From assembly GCF_000150275.1 (NCBI RefSeq), contig NW_002060949.1, positions 4,305,136-4,369,135 on the forward strand: a stretch of 64,000 nucleotides of DNA, written 5' to 3'. The notes below the pieces were generated by a model that was not told the origin of the DNA, did no database searches, and saw only the letters and a program-made list of their open reading frames with translations. The stretch comes from Trichoplax adhaerens (taxonomy: Eukaryota > Animalia > Placozoa). A program made the translations under genes and the position numbers. This document shows, piece by piece, positions 13,859-33,142 of this stretch (within the stretch, counting starts at the first letter, position 1; each line of letters begins with the position of its first letter).

Positions 13859-14106
13859 AAAGGATCTGACCAAGGTTACACTCCTTTTATGTATTATGGA
13901 CAAGGTTAAAGTTAAACCGGTGCGGCACATCTATGCAAATTACCGTGCTGCTGTAAATGGAGTCAATACCGCCGTAGTATATTAATGAGTGTCTACACGT
14001 ACAATAACAATAATAACAATTGCCAAAAAATTCATTCGGTCATCATTTCGCTTATCACTTCAGCACTGTCAACCATCACAAGCGAATAACAAAGTACAAA
14101 TAGGTG

Positions 14107-16655
<2,549 letters not shown>

Positions 16656-18151
16656 CAATTAGATACACTAGTTAGTAGATAAATGCATTGAATCATAGTA
16701 ATTGGTTTACCTGATCGTGACTTCATTGATTTATAGTAATGTATACTTTATATGAATATTTAATCGTTTTCAACTTCGTCTGTATATTGACATACAGTTA
16801 TCTATGATATGAGAGAAACTCCACATTTCCTGATAACTAACGTATCAATGACTAATATAAACTGTATTAACATTGAGTACAAACGTGCTCATTAGAAATG
16901 CATGGCATTAGTAATGATAGCATGTGATATACTGTATATTTCTACTTTATATGCATGATAACAAATCTGAACTAAATTAACTTAAATGAATGTGATAACT
17001 TCTTAAACGTTATGAAACACTTTTGAATTTATTTAAGAGAACTTTTCTGTACTAAGGTGCAATTTGTCACCGGTTTATCTCGGCAGGATTTTTGCACATC
17101 AGTAATGGTGAAATTAATACTTTGTACTCCATCAAAAACCAGTGTATTAATATTTAAGTATTCAAAGAATGCAGAACAATTGCAGTAGACAGTACTTAAT
17201 TTCAGCCAAGATTGTACTTAATCCTGAAGTTGTTGAAATAAAGTTATGAATGTGTAACTGCAAATCCTTTATGGTTGTGTCCGTTTTGTGTTAGTTATAA
17301 TGGCGTAAACTACAAATGATTTTCATCCTTTGAAGTATGAAATTTATAATTTATCCAGTTAGAATGATACTATTTTAGTCGTAACACGAGAAATAACAGA
17401 ATAAAAGCGTCTGACTTTGTCAGTTGGCTGTAAAATAGTAAGGATAGCTAGGATAAAGATCATCTCGTCTACGAATAACCCCGATTAGAAGACAATGGTT
17501 ATAATAGTATAAATTAAGTTATCAAGAACTAGAAATATTTAGGCTTATGGGTGCATCACAGTTTGTAAGAAAAACAGCTGAAATTATTGTTACGAAACAT
17601 CGAAAGGGATAATCAAAAGTGATATCTAAATTTATGTTCTTGGCTTGTAAATGTAAATATCCGTAAAACATAGCTTGGTCCTTTATATCAAGTAATTCGT
17701 ACATTGTTAATTTATTTTATTCTCTACTTTACGAACGAAACATAAGAAACCAAGATATTTTTACACGAACACAATACACAGGGCTGAATGAATATTATAA
17801 TTTCTACACTACAGTATTTTGAATTAAGTGATTTATAGTATATACAGGATTAATTTAATTCGAAACTTAGTTATCTATCCTCTGAAAAGTTTCTTGACCA
17901 GTCTCTCAGTGCTAAATATCATCACAGTTTGTAATCGTTCTCAATCGATTACGTAATTTGATGAAGAGCACTTTAAGGGTTGGGTTATGAAATAAATACA
18001 CGGTAATGTAGTCTTTAAATTATTATTAACGCATGAATATAAAACTGGATTTAATTCCTTTACCTCAAGTACACATTATAAGTAAATATAAAAGATTCTT
18101 TCTTGATAATTATGTGATCTACAGTAGTCTAGTATTCAATCCATTTTTAAC

Positions 18152-20777
18152 TTAATTGAATAATTGGTTCTTAATCACTTGAGACATTAATCCATGGACA
18201 GCTTCCAAAGCGATTTTTGAGCTGAAAATTAAATTCGATTAAGCTTTAATGTTAAAATGTCAATTATTTGATAGTATGTCGAAATTGACACAGTTAATAA
18301 AATTTTACCTATCCTTGGCGGTTGAATGTAGTTTCTTCGAGTCGCCCTTAAGTCCGTGCTTAGAAAATAATCCCGAGCTTGTCTATATAATGTAAGAGGT
18401 AACAAATTAACAGGTATGCATGTAAGCTACAGTTTAATGCTACAAAGCTGATCGTTATAAAGCCGATATATAGTGCATAAAGAAAACCAATATTTTACCT
18501 GTAACAGTTGTTGAGCTTGATCTAATTTTTCGGATAAATCTACAATTTGCTGAGTCGTATACTCGGCATTCTAGACAAGCACATAACCCGGTATTAAAGC
18601 AATTTACTTTTGCCTTGATTTAAGAATAGACGATGTTTAAATTTCAATCTATTATCTTACATTTAGAAGGCTAGAGGATGAAAGAGTGCTGACCCAATAC
18701 TTATTCCACAATAACTCTAATAATTTACCATCCAGTGATGATTTAAAGTATGTCACATCTAAAGAATAGTACCTATCCGAAATGAAATTTTTATGGTCTT
18801 GAAGATTATTAAGTATATTAAAAATATATTTAATAAAGGTACCTTTTGCAATGAACACCGAAATCTTCAATTTTATTTAAAGGAATTGTTTGGTATTCTG
18901 AACGCCCTTCATCTTTCGGAACGTAATCCTGATCAAATTTGATCAATTAGAAATGATATACATAACTTTTTATTTTATCTACAATATTTATGAAGTACAC
19001 ACAATTTTAATCTTACCTTGCTGTACGTTCTAAAAGCTCCCAGACTGACTTTTCCAGACGACATAGTACGAATAGGATCAATCTAATATCAAAACTCGTA
19101 AGATTAATATCGTAAATAGTAATACATTTATAATTTTTCTTGCAGATAATGACCCTACTATATGGTACACAAATTATAGCGTGTTGATATAAAATCAATG
19201 ATTTCGTTTCGTTACGCAGTATAAGCAATAAATTATTTTCTATATTGCATTTTAAAGTACTTACGACAATAGCTACGAAAGGATCCTGGTATGTCTGATT
19301 TAGCATTTGCGTACTAACATCAATACCTGATAACCAACAGCCATAGCCTGGATGGCTATGATACCAACCAATGACGTTTTCTAGCCTGCCAACCTGTAAC
19401 ATTAGAGAAAGTTGCAGCATGTATAACCGAAATTTCATAAGGTTCAAGAAATAAAGATTTAGCGTCGCTGGTTTAAGTTACCTGTTTAGCTGCTTCTACA
19501 TACGCAGTCATATACTCGTAAGCAGATTCTTGAGCATTTACACGCGTCTCGGTCCCCTCAACAGGCAGGGCAAAAGAATCCATGATAATCATATCTTCGT
19601 TTCGTACTTTTCCCAACATCAGTCCCATAATCTCGATATTACCGCCACTTTTAGCATGTGTTAGCTTTTGTCGTACGATCATAATTAATTATAACGGAGT
19701 AAACATACATATAAGACAAAATTATTACTTCACGTTCCAGTTACTATGTAATGCCAATAGATTAACGCCTATTCTGTTTGATATAAGCAAGGTCTTAGCA
19801 AAGATGGGTTATTATATTGTGCAAGCAATACAGTACAGTACTTACAATCTGTAATTAAGACGAAATAGCAAGATGAATACTAGAAAAAAGACTCGTGCTA
19901 GTCCTAAGAGCTAAGCTTTTTGTTGTAGAGTATTGCTAGATAAATTTAGTTTTTTAGTGTACGTATAGTATACTGTATAATAACGTATACATTCTCAAAA
20001 ATTCGTAACATTATTCCCAAATTTTATCAGTTTAGATTAACGGACTTGCCAACATTAACTATTTTAAAACAATGTGAATACGCGTAGCAATAAGATGTTA
20101 CGTACCATTTTCAGCAAGGCTAAAGCGGAGATTTTGACCTTCTTAAAGTAATCTTCTCTGTGTTGTGAACGTGAATATTAATTCGTTAGTACTATATACG
20201 CGTACAGTAGTATATTTAGTAAATGTCAAATTAAGGTAAAGCGATCAATTATGCATTGTGAAAATGATGAGTACTATTAGTCAACGCGTTACAAAATTTT
20301 GGGCTTAGACTAGTAGGATCATCTGATTTGCTAGTAAATGATCGCATGTAGTAGACTAATTTTTGAACTAATTACCATGCATCACATGTGATAGCTATTA
20401 CATTGATTACTTTTCCGTCAAGCATAGTATGGGTAATACTAATCAGGGATTAATCAGTTGAAATTTCTAGATCTTCAAATTAACGTGGTGTATTCCTACA
20501 TCACCTAAGGTTACCGACAGTAATTTAAGCTGATTTTGACCAAAGTACGCATCAACTAACAAATGAGTAATCGATTAATAACGTATGATGTGAAAACTCA
20601 CGATTGCTTCCATGGTTTCCTTATTTGAATTTCACGTTGCTCGGTTGCATCATAATGATAGATTTCATCAATTTGAATATTATTTACTGTCTTAAATGCT
20701 TGCCATGCTTGCTGGCTAGCTTCATTTGTGGAGGTATCAATGGATTCGCTGCTGTTAGCATTGCTGCTAGATGCCAT
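18152..20777 (-). CDS. COPS5: COP9 signalosome subunit 5 (JAMM deneddylase)
   Basis: ATG at 20777. Spliced [58 protein letters not shown] motif [27 protein letters not shown]. Ends [14 protein letters not shown]. Confidence 0.96.
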
Positions 20778-23473
20778 ATTGTTTACGTCCGAAAAATGAC
20801 CTGGGCTAAAATATACAGATAGTATACTCTAGTACTGTGGACAGTATAATCACACTCACTGTAATGATACATATATGTACTATACTGTACATACAGTACA
20901 TTCACTAATTGTCCAAGTAGTACGTACGCCATAGCTAGAGGTCGAGGTTTTGGCGATCACCTATGCCCGGCTGACAGCCATAGGAGATAGCCATAGGATC
21001 TCCACTTTGCGGTACTGTACAGTACAGTACTTTATATAGCGTACTGTACACTGTAAACTGGACAGGACTTTAAATCAATTTTTCTTATGTAAGGTCCTTT
21101 ATTCATATGAATGATCGCAATAGTAATATTTATACTAAACCTTCATCTACCAGTACATATAATATTAAGTCATTTTAATTGCAATAAAGGAAGTCGATTT
21201 TTTATATCGAAATTCCAAAACGAAGGTAAACAAGTTGTACTGTACACCCCCATGTTAGTTAATGTCACTATTCTTATCTACAGTATAGTATTTGGATCAT
21301 ATACTTTTTAGATATTTTGATCACAAAATACGTAGATGCACATATTTGCTTAATGTTATATCCTATTTCATATATCGCCACTGTAGAGTTTAGTGAATAT
21401 GATTGTAACGTTAATTTATGAGAACAAATGAACAAACATTGAAGTAAATTCGTTTGGTGTGAGTACAGTACTTCAGATCGAGAGAAATCGCCATTTTACA
21501 GTATTTTTCTACAGTACTATACACGATCAGGCATGATCACTAATTTTACTTTGTATTGTAGCCAATTCTATCTTTAGATTGATATTTTGGCATGGATATT
21601 ACTTAAAATGTAATTCCATTGATACATGTCAAAAATTTGGCTCAAATGCTATACGCTGGTATAAAATACTTATATTTTACGTCAGTTTTAGTTACAGTTT
21701 TCCATTTTAAATATCTGAACAGAAAATAACCTTGGCAATGTAAATGGTCTGGTCTGGTCAAAGGTCTAACCAGGAGGTCTGACCAGACCATGAAGATCTC
21801 TACCAGGTTATGTCACGGTTATAACGCGATTAGTACGGCACAGTACTGCACTGTACTGTATGCAAGAAGTGTCTGATCATAGAAGCTCCTAGTATCGTTG
21901 ACTGATTGAATGGGTGGAGTTGGGTGGCGTACAGTCATGGTTACGATCCTGCAGTAACTTAGCAACATGTGCTGCACTCTCCCCGTTACTTCACCGTACT
22001 GCATGGGGACTGTCCGTGACTGTTAGTAACTAGAGTAGATAACTAATAATATAAATAGTTATTAATTAATTAATTAATTAAAGACAGGTACGTATACCAG
22101 CGATATTTCAGGATTTGCAAGGCTATCAACGACCAGTAGCTTTATCAAAGTACTATAAATAATATCCTACTCTTTCATAAACACTAAGTGATCTTTTGGT
22201 CAATCATAAGATAATCAACTTAGCGACGCATTATATTGCAATTACGAATAAAAAACAAGGGACACTTTAACGTCTTTGAGTAAAACATCATATAAAGTAT
22301 GTACGTAATATATTGTATATGATGGTATCCTGATTCAAATGCACAGCAATTGACTGTATATTATAAATAAATATAATAACCGTGTATAGTATTCCGGTCC
22401 AAATGTACAGTGATTGACCATATATTACGGATATAATGACCGTGTAGCATAGTGTGCATGTTCCCTACGGTATGTATGAATCAGTCAGTAGTCACCATAC
22501 TGAACCTACGTTGAACTAAATACTCGACTAGTAAATAAAATTTACACTACAATATAGACCTGAGTACAATGGTATCTACTGTATAGAAAGATACACCTTG
22601 TATAATATATTACGGTACTGCTACATAAAAAGAATTATTAAATATGATGATCATCTATCTGCTGCAACATAGCAGATCGTAGCATAGCCTCCGCCTATAC
22701 ATTAACCTTTAAGGTACTCAGTGTCAGTACCGACTGCTGTTGTGGCTTACGGTGCCAATCTATCGACGATCGCATATATTCACTAACAGGTAAAATTGAA
22801 TAAATTTCTAAAAGAAGACGTCTGCATTCGTAACTTAAAAGAGCCTTAGTCAATTTAAGGTTATATTTTTTACATATCTAGATTGTCATTTCAAACCTTA
22901 CCGCAATCATTTTGATTACGATCACTCGTCGTTGTTTCCCTCATTTTAGAATAGTAGTTCTTACGCATCATTTTTAAGAATTAGGATAGCTAAACTAGAA
23001 CTGTTAATTTAACCGTTTATCTTTGTTGAATGGGATTATTGATATCATGCTATAATTGTGTATATTAAAGTAATCAATACAATTTTAAAATGTTCATTCC
23101 AAGATATGATAATCGAAACATAAAGTTTATTGCGTAGAAACTGTTAATTTGACAGTTTCTGAAACAGGGCTTCTTTAGTTCTTAATACAAAAGAAGAGTA
23201 TCATATCAATGTCATTAAGCGTGATTCTTCATTAGTGTGTATATTAACATGCGGCATACTACGCGTATAATGAAGTTGTATTTATGCTATTTATTGAAAT
23301 CTTTCGCTTTTACTTACAAAATTGTATAATCTTAGCCTCTTATGTTCTATTTCTAATCAGTTGTATTCATTACAGTAGTAGACAACTTCATAGTGGAGGA
23401 TCATAAAGTCTCTAAAGCGATTCTTAAGTAAGGATACATCTTCGCACTTAGATCAATATAAGCTAAGAAAAAA

Positions 23474-25932
<2,459 letters not shown>

Positions 25933-27855
25933 AAGTAAATCTGCATTGTAGTGTATTTTTATTTGCGAATGAAGCTGTAAGTCTTAATGCACGTGGAAAT
26001 TGTTGATCAGTGATTGATCTAGTATTTGTCTTAAATTATATTGTCATGGTGGCGGTTTACTTTAATTATGTAAAATATATACTGTACTTGTTTCGAGCAC
26101 ACGCAGAGGCGATACACCAATGCGATGAGATCTACTGCGTCGTTTCGCAGCTTTTCAATGTACCAATATTTAAGTACAACGACGATTTGCCTTATCGTGG
26201 TTCGTATCATATCTCATTTTACCAGCCTACTAAGCTAACAATTATTATTATTAATAATAATAAGTTGACTAGTCTCTTAAGTTTCTGCAATACAGTTAGT
26301 TTGAACGGCATAGATAAGGATATAAAATGGATGCATTTAGATATGTAAATCAATTATAATCAGTTTTAAAAAGTAAAGGTAATTGCTGTAATGCAGAGTA
26401 AATGGGGCCTAATATGATTGTTATATTAACAAATATTTTAACTTCCTTGATGATGATAATAACCACTTAATGATCAACTAAAATTTTATTACAACTTTTT
26501 AGATTACAGACTTAGAATTCTATTACCATGTAAAACACTGCTCAGTTTGCTTGCTGTGGTCACTACGTTACTAACGTTGAAAACAATAAAAATGTTGTAT
26601 AAAATATTGCACTCTTATACAAGCCTTATTAGTGAATACAGTATGCGTGAAGTCGAACTCATATCAATCGCTATCATCATCTCCCTATTGGATTGATTTA
26701 TCTTTCGTTGACTGTATTTTTAGTGTTGTGAGGCACAATTTTATTAGTATTTGTAGTACTGTACGTTGGTAGCATGAAGTATTTACTTTTGGATGAGACA
26801 GTAGCTGCAGTGCTAAAAGATTGCATGCATACTGCTGCAGTATTAATAGTATCTGCGTTCGGTTTTTACCGTTCACACCGGTTTCCACCACGTACACTTG
26901 TACAGTACTTTACAGTGTATTGTACAGTGTATAGTACTGTAATAGTGTACAGTACAGTACAACAAAACCATGGGTCAGTCTAGACCTGAGTGGTTTGGTC
27001 CGGTTCAATACCTTTATGGTCTACCGTCAGCCCTCTAGGTCCTGCACTGTATAATGAGACAAAGAAGTAAGTTTAAACCACAGGAGAATCGTCCACTGGA
27101 ACACGAAAAAGGATCCATCTCTACAGTATTTTAATGTAGTGCACAGTACAGCAGAGAGGGCGTAGCACTGGTATAGTGCATGGTGTAGCGCTGTGCACTC
27201 ATGCCAATGATTGGAATCGCTCGAAAGAAAGAACAAATTTCTTGATTTGCCTGGATCATTGCATGGATTACTGCAAGTGATTCTTGTAAAGAAAGCAGGG
27301 CCTGTTGTAAACTACCAGTACAGTATAATTGTACAGTGTACAGTACAAGATACCAAGTATGGTATCACAAGCGAGGGTTCGATAAGAAAAAAAATTGTGT
27401 CAGCGAGACAGTAACCTGTCTCCTGATTGGTAACATCGCGACCTTTGCAATCTTACAGTACTGTACACTATACAGTACTGTACTGTAGCGTCCTTGATGG
27501 GTACCGTACAGTGTACAGTACTTTACTGTACTGTACGTCTGCACTGTACACTGTATACAGTAGACTCAGCGACTCAGTCATGACCTGCTGGACTAGCATA
27601 GTAGGGTGTACAGTACTGTCTATTTGCTAGTACTGTAGACAGTATTGACGATGCCAGCAGGCAGGGTTATTCTATACGGATATCATTGCCTTGTGTCATC
27701 ATCGTTATATCCCGCTGATCGAACTTTGGATTACACTCTACTTGTGGTCATTTTGATTTTATTCCTTCCGTTATATTACATTCTGTACTTGAAACCTTGA
27801 AGAGTAAGTGTAATTCTATACAATTAATATTGGAGATTGATGATATAATCATATC

Positions 27856-29082
27856 ATGGCATCACCACTTAAGCCATGGGAACGCGGCTCAGACAATGTT
27901 AACGAAATTGCCAACGATAGTAATTCACGAATTGCAACCATTGGCCCATCAGCTTCTGAACCGAACTTCGGAAGTTCTTTACAGGTCGACAGTAAACCTA
28001 CAATACCTCCAAGACCAAGATCTTATAATAATACATCATCATTATCATCAACGTACGGCTACGGAAATTCTCTTTATGGTGGCTATCGTAGCGGTTATGG
28101 CACCGGCTATGGTGGCTTAGGTGGCGGTTATGGTGGCTTGGGTGGCGGCTATGGTGGCTTGGGTGGTTATGGAGGTTACGGTATGTCCAGCAGTATGGGT
28201 GGTTATGGCAGCAGTTATGGAGGAGGATATGGTATGTACGATCGTCAAGGTTTAGAGGGCGATGGAAGTGATTTCTTAAATAGAGCAGAAGACAACAGCC
28301 GTGCCGCATTTCAAGCGATCGAATCAATTGTTCAGGCATTCGGATCTGTTACTATGATGTTAGAATCGACATTTCATGCTGTGCATAGTTCGTTTAGAGC
28401 TGTTTTAGGTGTAGCCGAAAATTTTAATCGTTTACGTGATCACTTTTCAGCTATTCTCTCCACTTTTTCCCTTATACGTGCCTTACGTTACATCTATAAC
28501 AAATTGTTAGTACTATTGCGAATTAGACGCAATAATCTAGACGAGCAAGCTTGGAATCAGGCCGAAAATTTGGGTGAAACATTAGGAAAGCCTTCACAGA
28601 ATGATGGACCAATCTCATGGCCCCTCGGCCTCTTTGCAGTAGTAGCAATTGGTGGTCCATGGCTAATTTGGAAAATTATAAAGGGATTAGAATCAAGTAA
28701 TGGAAAATCACGTAAATCATGGGCTACAGGCCAAACAGATCATCTAATAGCGCGAGCTGAGCACGACTTTAAAAGTGAAAATCAACGAGAGATTTCTTTC
28801 CGTCGTGGTGATACCTTACGTATAGCACCTAAGGATCGTCAACCTCGAATTAAGGGTTGGCTGCTGGCTACCTTGGATGGAGAAAACATTGGGATAGTCC
28901 CTTACAATTACGTAAAGATATTAGGCTTAAGAAAAGGTACCGATAGTAATACTGTTGATGCGCGAAATAAACCTGCTCAAGGATCTGATACTTCCAGTAA
29001 GCGAAAGAGCACTTCTAACGATATAAATCTTGATAGCGAATTTAATGGTATTTCTGATCCTTGGTCGGATGATATCATTTAG
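27856..29082 (+). CDS. PEX13: Peroxisomal membrane protein PEX13, single coding exon
   Basis: 408-aa ORF with N-terminal KPWE motif, YG-rich region, AEDNSRAAFQAIESIVQAFGSVTMMLESTF, transmembrane segment GGPWLIWK, and an SH3 domain (ARAEHDF...EISFRRGD...GWLL...GIVPYNYVKILG). Confidence 0.97.
   Translation: MASPLKPWERGSDNVNEIANDSNSRIATIGPSASEPNFGSSLQVDSKPTIPPRPRSYNNTSSLSSTYGYGNSLYGGYRSGYGTGYGGLGGGYGGLGGGYGGLGGYGGYGMSSSMGGYGSSYGGGYGMYDRQGLEGDGSDFLNRAEDNSRAAFQAIESIVQAFGSVTMMLESTFHAVHSSFRAVLGVAENFNRLRDHFSAILSTFSLIRALRYIYNKLLVLLRIRRNNLDEQAWNQAENLGETLGKPSQNDGPISWPLGLFAVVAIGGPWLIWKIIKGLESSNGKSRKSWATGQTDHLIARAEHDFKSENQREISFRRGDTLRIAPKDRQPRIKGWLLATLDGENIGIVPYNYVKILGLRKGTDSNTVDARNKPAQGSDTSSKRKSTSNDINLDSEFNGISDPWSDDII
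28102..28172 (+). repeat. Coding 21-bp tandem repeat (GGYGGLG)x3 in the PEX13 YG domain
   Basis: ggctatggtggcttaggtggc-like unit repeated about 3 times. Confidence 0.75.
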
Positions 29083-30348
29083 CAAAAAAAGTTGCTCATG
29101 CAACAGTAACAATGAATAATTTGTAAAGGACGCTTAAATCTACCATTAAGCAACAATATATTGATGATACAAGTATTTATATTGTACAGCGCAGCATACA
29201 GCTTACTGTATAGCCATTTTAATAATATATGATTATTCTAGGCTAATCATTAATATCGATTCTAATGTTTTGCCTATTCAATTTTATATCAAGAAACATG
29301 CTATAAATATTTTTGGTATTATCTTAACTTAATAAGGTTACCGTGTGAACTATGTAGGGTGTCATATGGTAATTCTGTCATATCTTACAAAAATCAATAC
29401 ACAGTACCGGTAATGATGAACAATTTCTCATTGCAAAGCTTACTAACACTACATTGTATCATACAATATACCTATGATTTATATTAAAACGTATCATAAT
29501 TTTATTAAGATTGTATGCATATTGTTGTCTATTAGCTTTATTCTGTTAATCTATGCATCATTATACCTCGGATGATGTTTCCTATGAAGCAACCCTGAAA
29601 AGCCTAACCATTCACTAATACAGTAGTGCTCTCGGCTATTTTACATAGTAAAACTTATACCAATACTACTGCATTCGTATACTGGTTACTTATAATAATT
29701 AATTAAGCTAATAATACTCTGTCAACTTCTCTTATACAGTCTGGTTCTATATGATGTAGTGGCGGTAAATACAAGGTAGTTTAATCACAACTACTGTGCC
29801 AGTCTTAAAAAGTAATTTAAGTAAACTATCGCAATAACAGAGATGTAACCTCGATTACACGCAAGTTTTAAATAAATGATTATACAATTTCATTACACTG
29901 ATACAGTATTTATTTGACAAATATATAGTTAATGAAAAGCTTACAGTGTTGTGGACCATTAGTGTACGGCTTGAACATTATTTTATATCTTGCTAATATA
30001 CATTCGTTAGCAAGTGCATAGCTAGACTTACGAGCATATAACAACTATGTCGTGAGTACTCAACAAATAGCAATCAGTTAGCAATACGAATTCGCTAAAA
30101 ATAACTATACAAGATCAACTTGGTTGTGAGATAGCATATAATAAATTATCTACGCTGTAAAAATTCCTTTAATAATTTGAACTTAACATTATACTATTAC
30201 AATTACATTATTAAACATGTACGATGATGATGACAATGGTAATTCACTCGTGAGAAATTACATTTCGAAATTTTTAACTAGATTACATCAAAATAGTGGT
30301 GTCTGACCGGATCGATCCATTACTGTAGTGCTACGTAAATGTCCATCA

Positions 30349-30627
30349 CTACTCCTGAGGATGAGTAATTTCTTGATGTTCGTTCGGATTTGGTTGATGG
30401 AATAGAGCTTGTTGTTGCTGTTGTGGCTGAATTTGATAAATTGGCTAGGTTGTAACAAATAGAGAAATTATTACCGTAATTATTCAGTTGTACCTTTCAT
30501 TATTTAGCAAACATTACCAACAAAAATTTACACTTGGAAGTCTTTATTGATTATAATATTAACCTGTGAAGTATAACTAAATTCAGCAGGTTGCTGAGCC
30601 TGAGACTGTTGTTGCGCCTGCTGCTGC

Positions 30628-30661
<34 letters not shown>

Positions 30662-33142
30662 GCTGTTGTTGTTGTTGAGGCTGATGTTGGCCGTGCTGCA
30701 TTGGTACAGACTGTACCCTAAGGTAAGGCATTTGTGACATAGTAGGATGAACCTGTATATCAAATATGAGTGGCATCATTGAAAAGACTCCCAACAAAAT
30801 CTACTTGTTAACGATACTACCGCAGTATTCAACTAATACAGTATAATGACTTTGAAAATACTTTTACATATCATCACCTGATATTGAATTTCGCCTTGCT
30901 CATGCATTTGATTATTACCCTGTGGAATACCCTAGTATAACAGTTTTTAACGTTATCATATGATGACAGAAAGTTAAATATTATATTTATATTGCGTTTA
31001 TACCATGGGCATATTAGGAGTAACGGACTGCAGTGTATTATGCAAAGTCGTTGGTATGCTAACAACATGCTGTTGGTTCGATTGAGATGAAAGGTGCTGT
31101 TGAGCCTGTGGATGCGGCTGCTGCGATTGCTGTGGTTGCTGTTGTTGGATTTGTTGTTGTTGTTGTTGTTGCATTTGTACAGCATGAGATTGAGCTAACT
31201 GGAAATAGTACTGAACCTGATCCGCAGCCATCATAGGTTGCCTAATTTCCTCCTAGCGTGCAGGTATAAAAATTTAAGCTAAATAATCGAACGTAAAATG
31301 TTATCTCATACATGATCAGCGTTTACCTACCTGTCGTTTTGGAGTTTTTAACTCGTCGCGAGGAACGATGTCAATAAGAAAATCAAACTGATCGAATTTT
31401 GTAATAGCCATTGCAATGTCATTTTTCTAATAAGTCACGAATTATAGCACAAATATGTTAATAACGAGAAGTGGATAAAATAGTACCGGGTATTATAATA
31501 CTATCGATGCAGCATTAACACAAAATGATTTAAATTGATAGCTAAGGTTAAGACAGATCTAAATAATTACTAATTCCTTAAATCATATTAAATTTTTTTG
31601 ATTTATAGTTATACCACAAAGAAAAAACAGTCTAATGGATACCTGTAATGTCCTTCTTTTGTTATCTTCAGTATGTACCCAAGCCCTCAGTGTTAGCTCA
31701 CTGACGAACATTTGTGCAGCTTTTGCGAACAGTACAGGAGCCTAAAATAGCCGTTAGAACCTTAGAGTACGTTTACTAATTGAGTTAGCAAAGCAACTCA
31801 TTGTTGCACTATGATACAGATTGCTTCGTAATGGATAGCGTTAATACGAGTTCTATCCAATTAGTACATAATTATAAGACAAACATTAGTTATCAAACAC
31901 TTCAAGTGCCAATGGTCGTCCACATAATTCTAGGGATGGTACTTAATCCATGTTATTGACCTTACCTCAGCACTAATCATCTATTAAATTGAATAAAAGA
32001 AGCCCATTAGAGCAATAATGGATATAGCTATCTTACGATATCTAGATTAATTCTAAATATAAAAATACTTGCAAAGGAAATTTTATCATGTTAACCTTGA
32101 CATCTTCATCCTGCTTCATAATTTTCTTAATTCGAGCCAAAGGCAGCTCTTGCACCTTAAATTCGACCGGCCCCTAAACATTGCATAAGTGTATCTAAAT
32201 ATTCTATCTACTATTATAATATGCACCTGGCCAGATTTATTTAAAAGGCAACGATGCAATAACTTTTAACTACAGGCGCAATGTAAAAATTTATTGTGAA
32301 TATTTATGATTACAGTATACGCGTATATCTCTTATATTGTAAGGTTACTGTAAAAAAGGGAATAGGTACTTTAACATTGGCTAACGGGTGTAGCTTTTGA
32401 TGCTTGATAGGGAAGGTTTTATTAGGCGATAGGCTAATGTTAATATAGTACATATCGTTTTTATTTATATTATACTAAGACACAATAACAAGTTTTCAGC
32501 ATGCAAGATACTTACCATATTTCGAATTTCTTGTTGCTGCCGCTGCCAAAAATTGTTTAGTGTTTGCTGTGCATCGGTCTAATGTAAATGGTTCAACAGG
32601 CAAAAGTTAAATCGTTCGATGTAGGTACAAAGGATACATTGACACTAAATAAACATCGTTCAACTGAACTGCTGTATGCATTATAATTATGCTTCTAAAG
32701 TATATCTACAGTAGATATACGCATAAGGATTTCAATCAAACCAAGGTAAGAAAAATACCGTATTATCAAAGCTACAGGAATATCATTTTACCAATATTCG
32801 ATTTAATGGCCAAATACTATAAGAACGGCATATATGCTTAAATAGTGCAAGAACTGCATATACCATCAAGAGGTACTATAAATAAGTGAGAGGATTTACT
32901 ACGAAATCGATGATGAGAAGGGATCTGGACTGATTTAAAAACTCGACTGTTGTCAATTAAACGGAATTCTTTAAGATATAGATTTCCTGTTGTACACAGT
33001 AGTCTTAACAGTTCTAAATATTACAGAAAGTAATACTTTTACATTTCGTGAAAGATCCCTCTTTCAATTTCGCTAGGGATCTCTCGTAAAAGAACTTTAT
33101 CTTGATTACAATCTTACATACCTGATTGTATTGTTCACTCAT
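30349..33142 (-). CDS. NFYC: Nuclear transcription factor Y subunit gamma
   Basis: MSEQYNQ|[11 protein letters not shown]...|[18 protein letters not shown]|MISAE|[33 protein letters not shown]|[27 protein letters not shown], followed by a Q-rich activation region. Stop TAG at 30349-30351. Confidence 0.95.
30617..30677 (-). repeat. (CAA/CAG)n polyglutamine tract in NFYC
   Basis: About 20 consecutive Gln codons. A second Q-rich tract lies at about 31120-31172. Confidence 0.9.

Noticed and set aside
31634-31643. NFYC donor GTATCCATT resembling a U12-type 5' splice site
   Set aside because: It mismatches the GTATCCTT consensus, and no TCCTTAAC-like branch site is visible near the acceptor.
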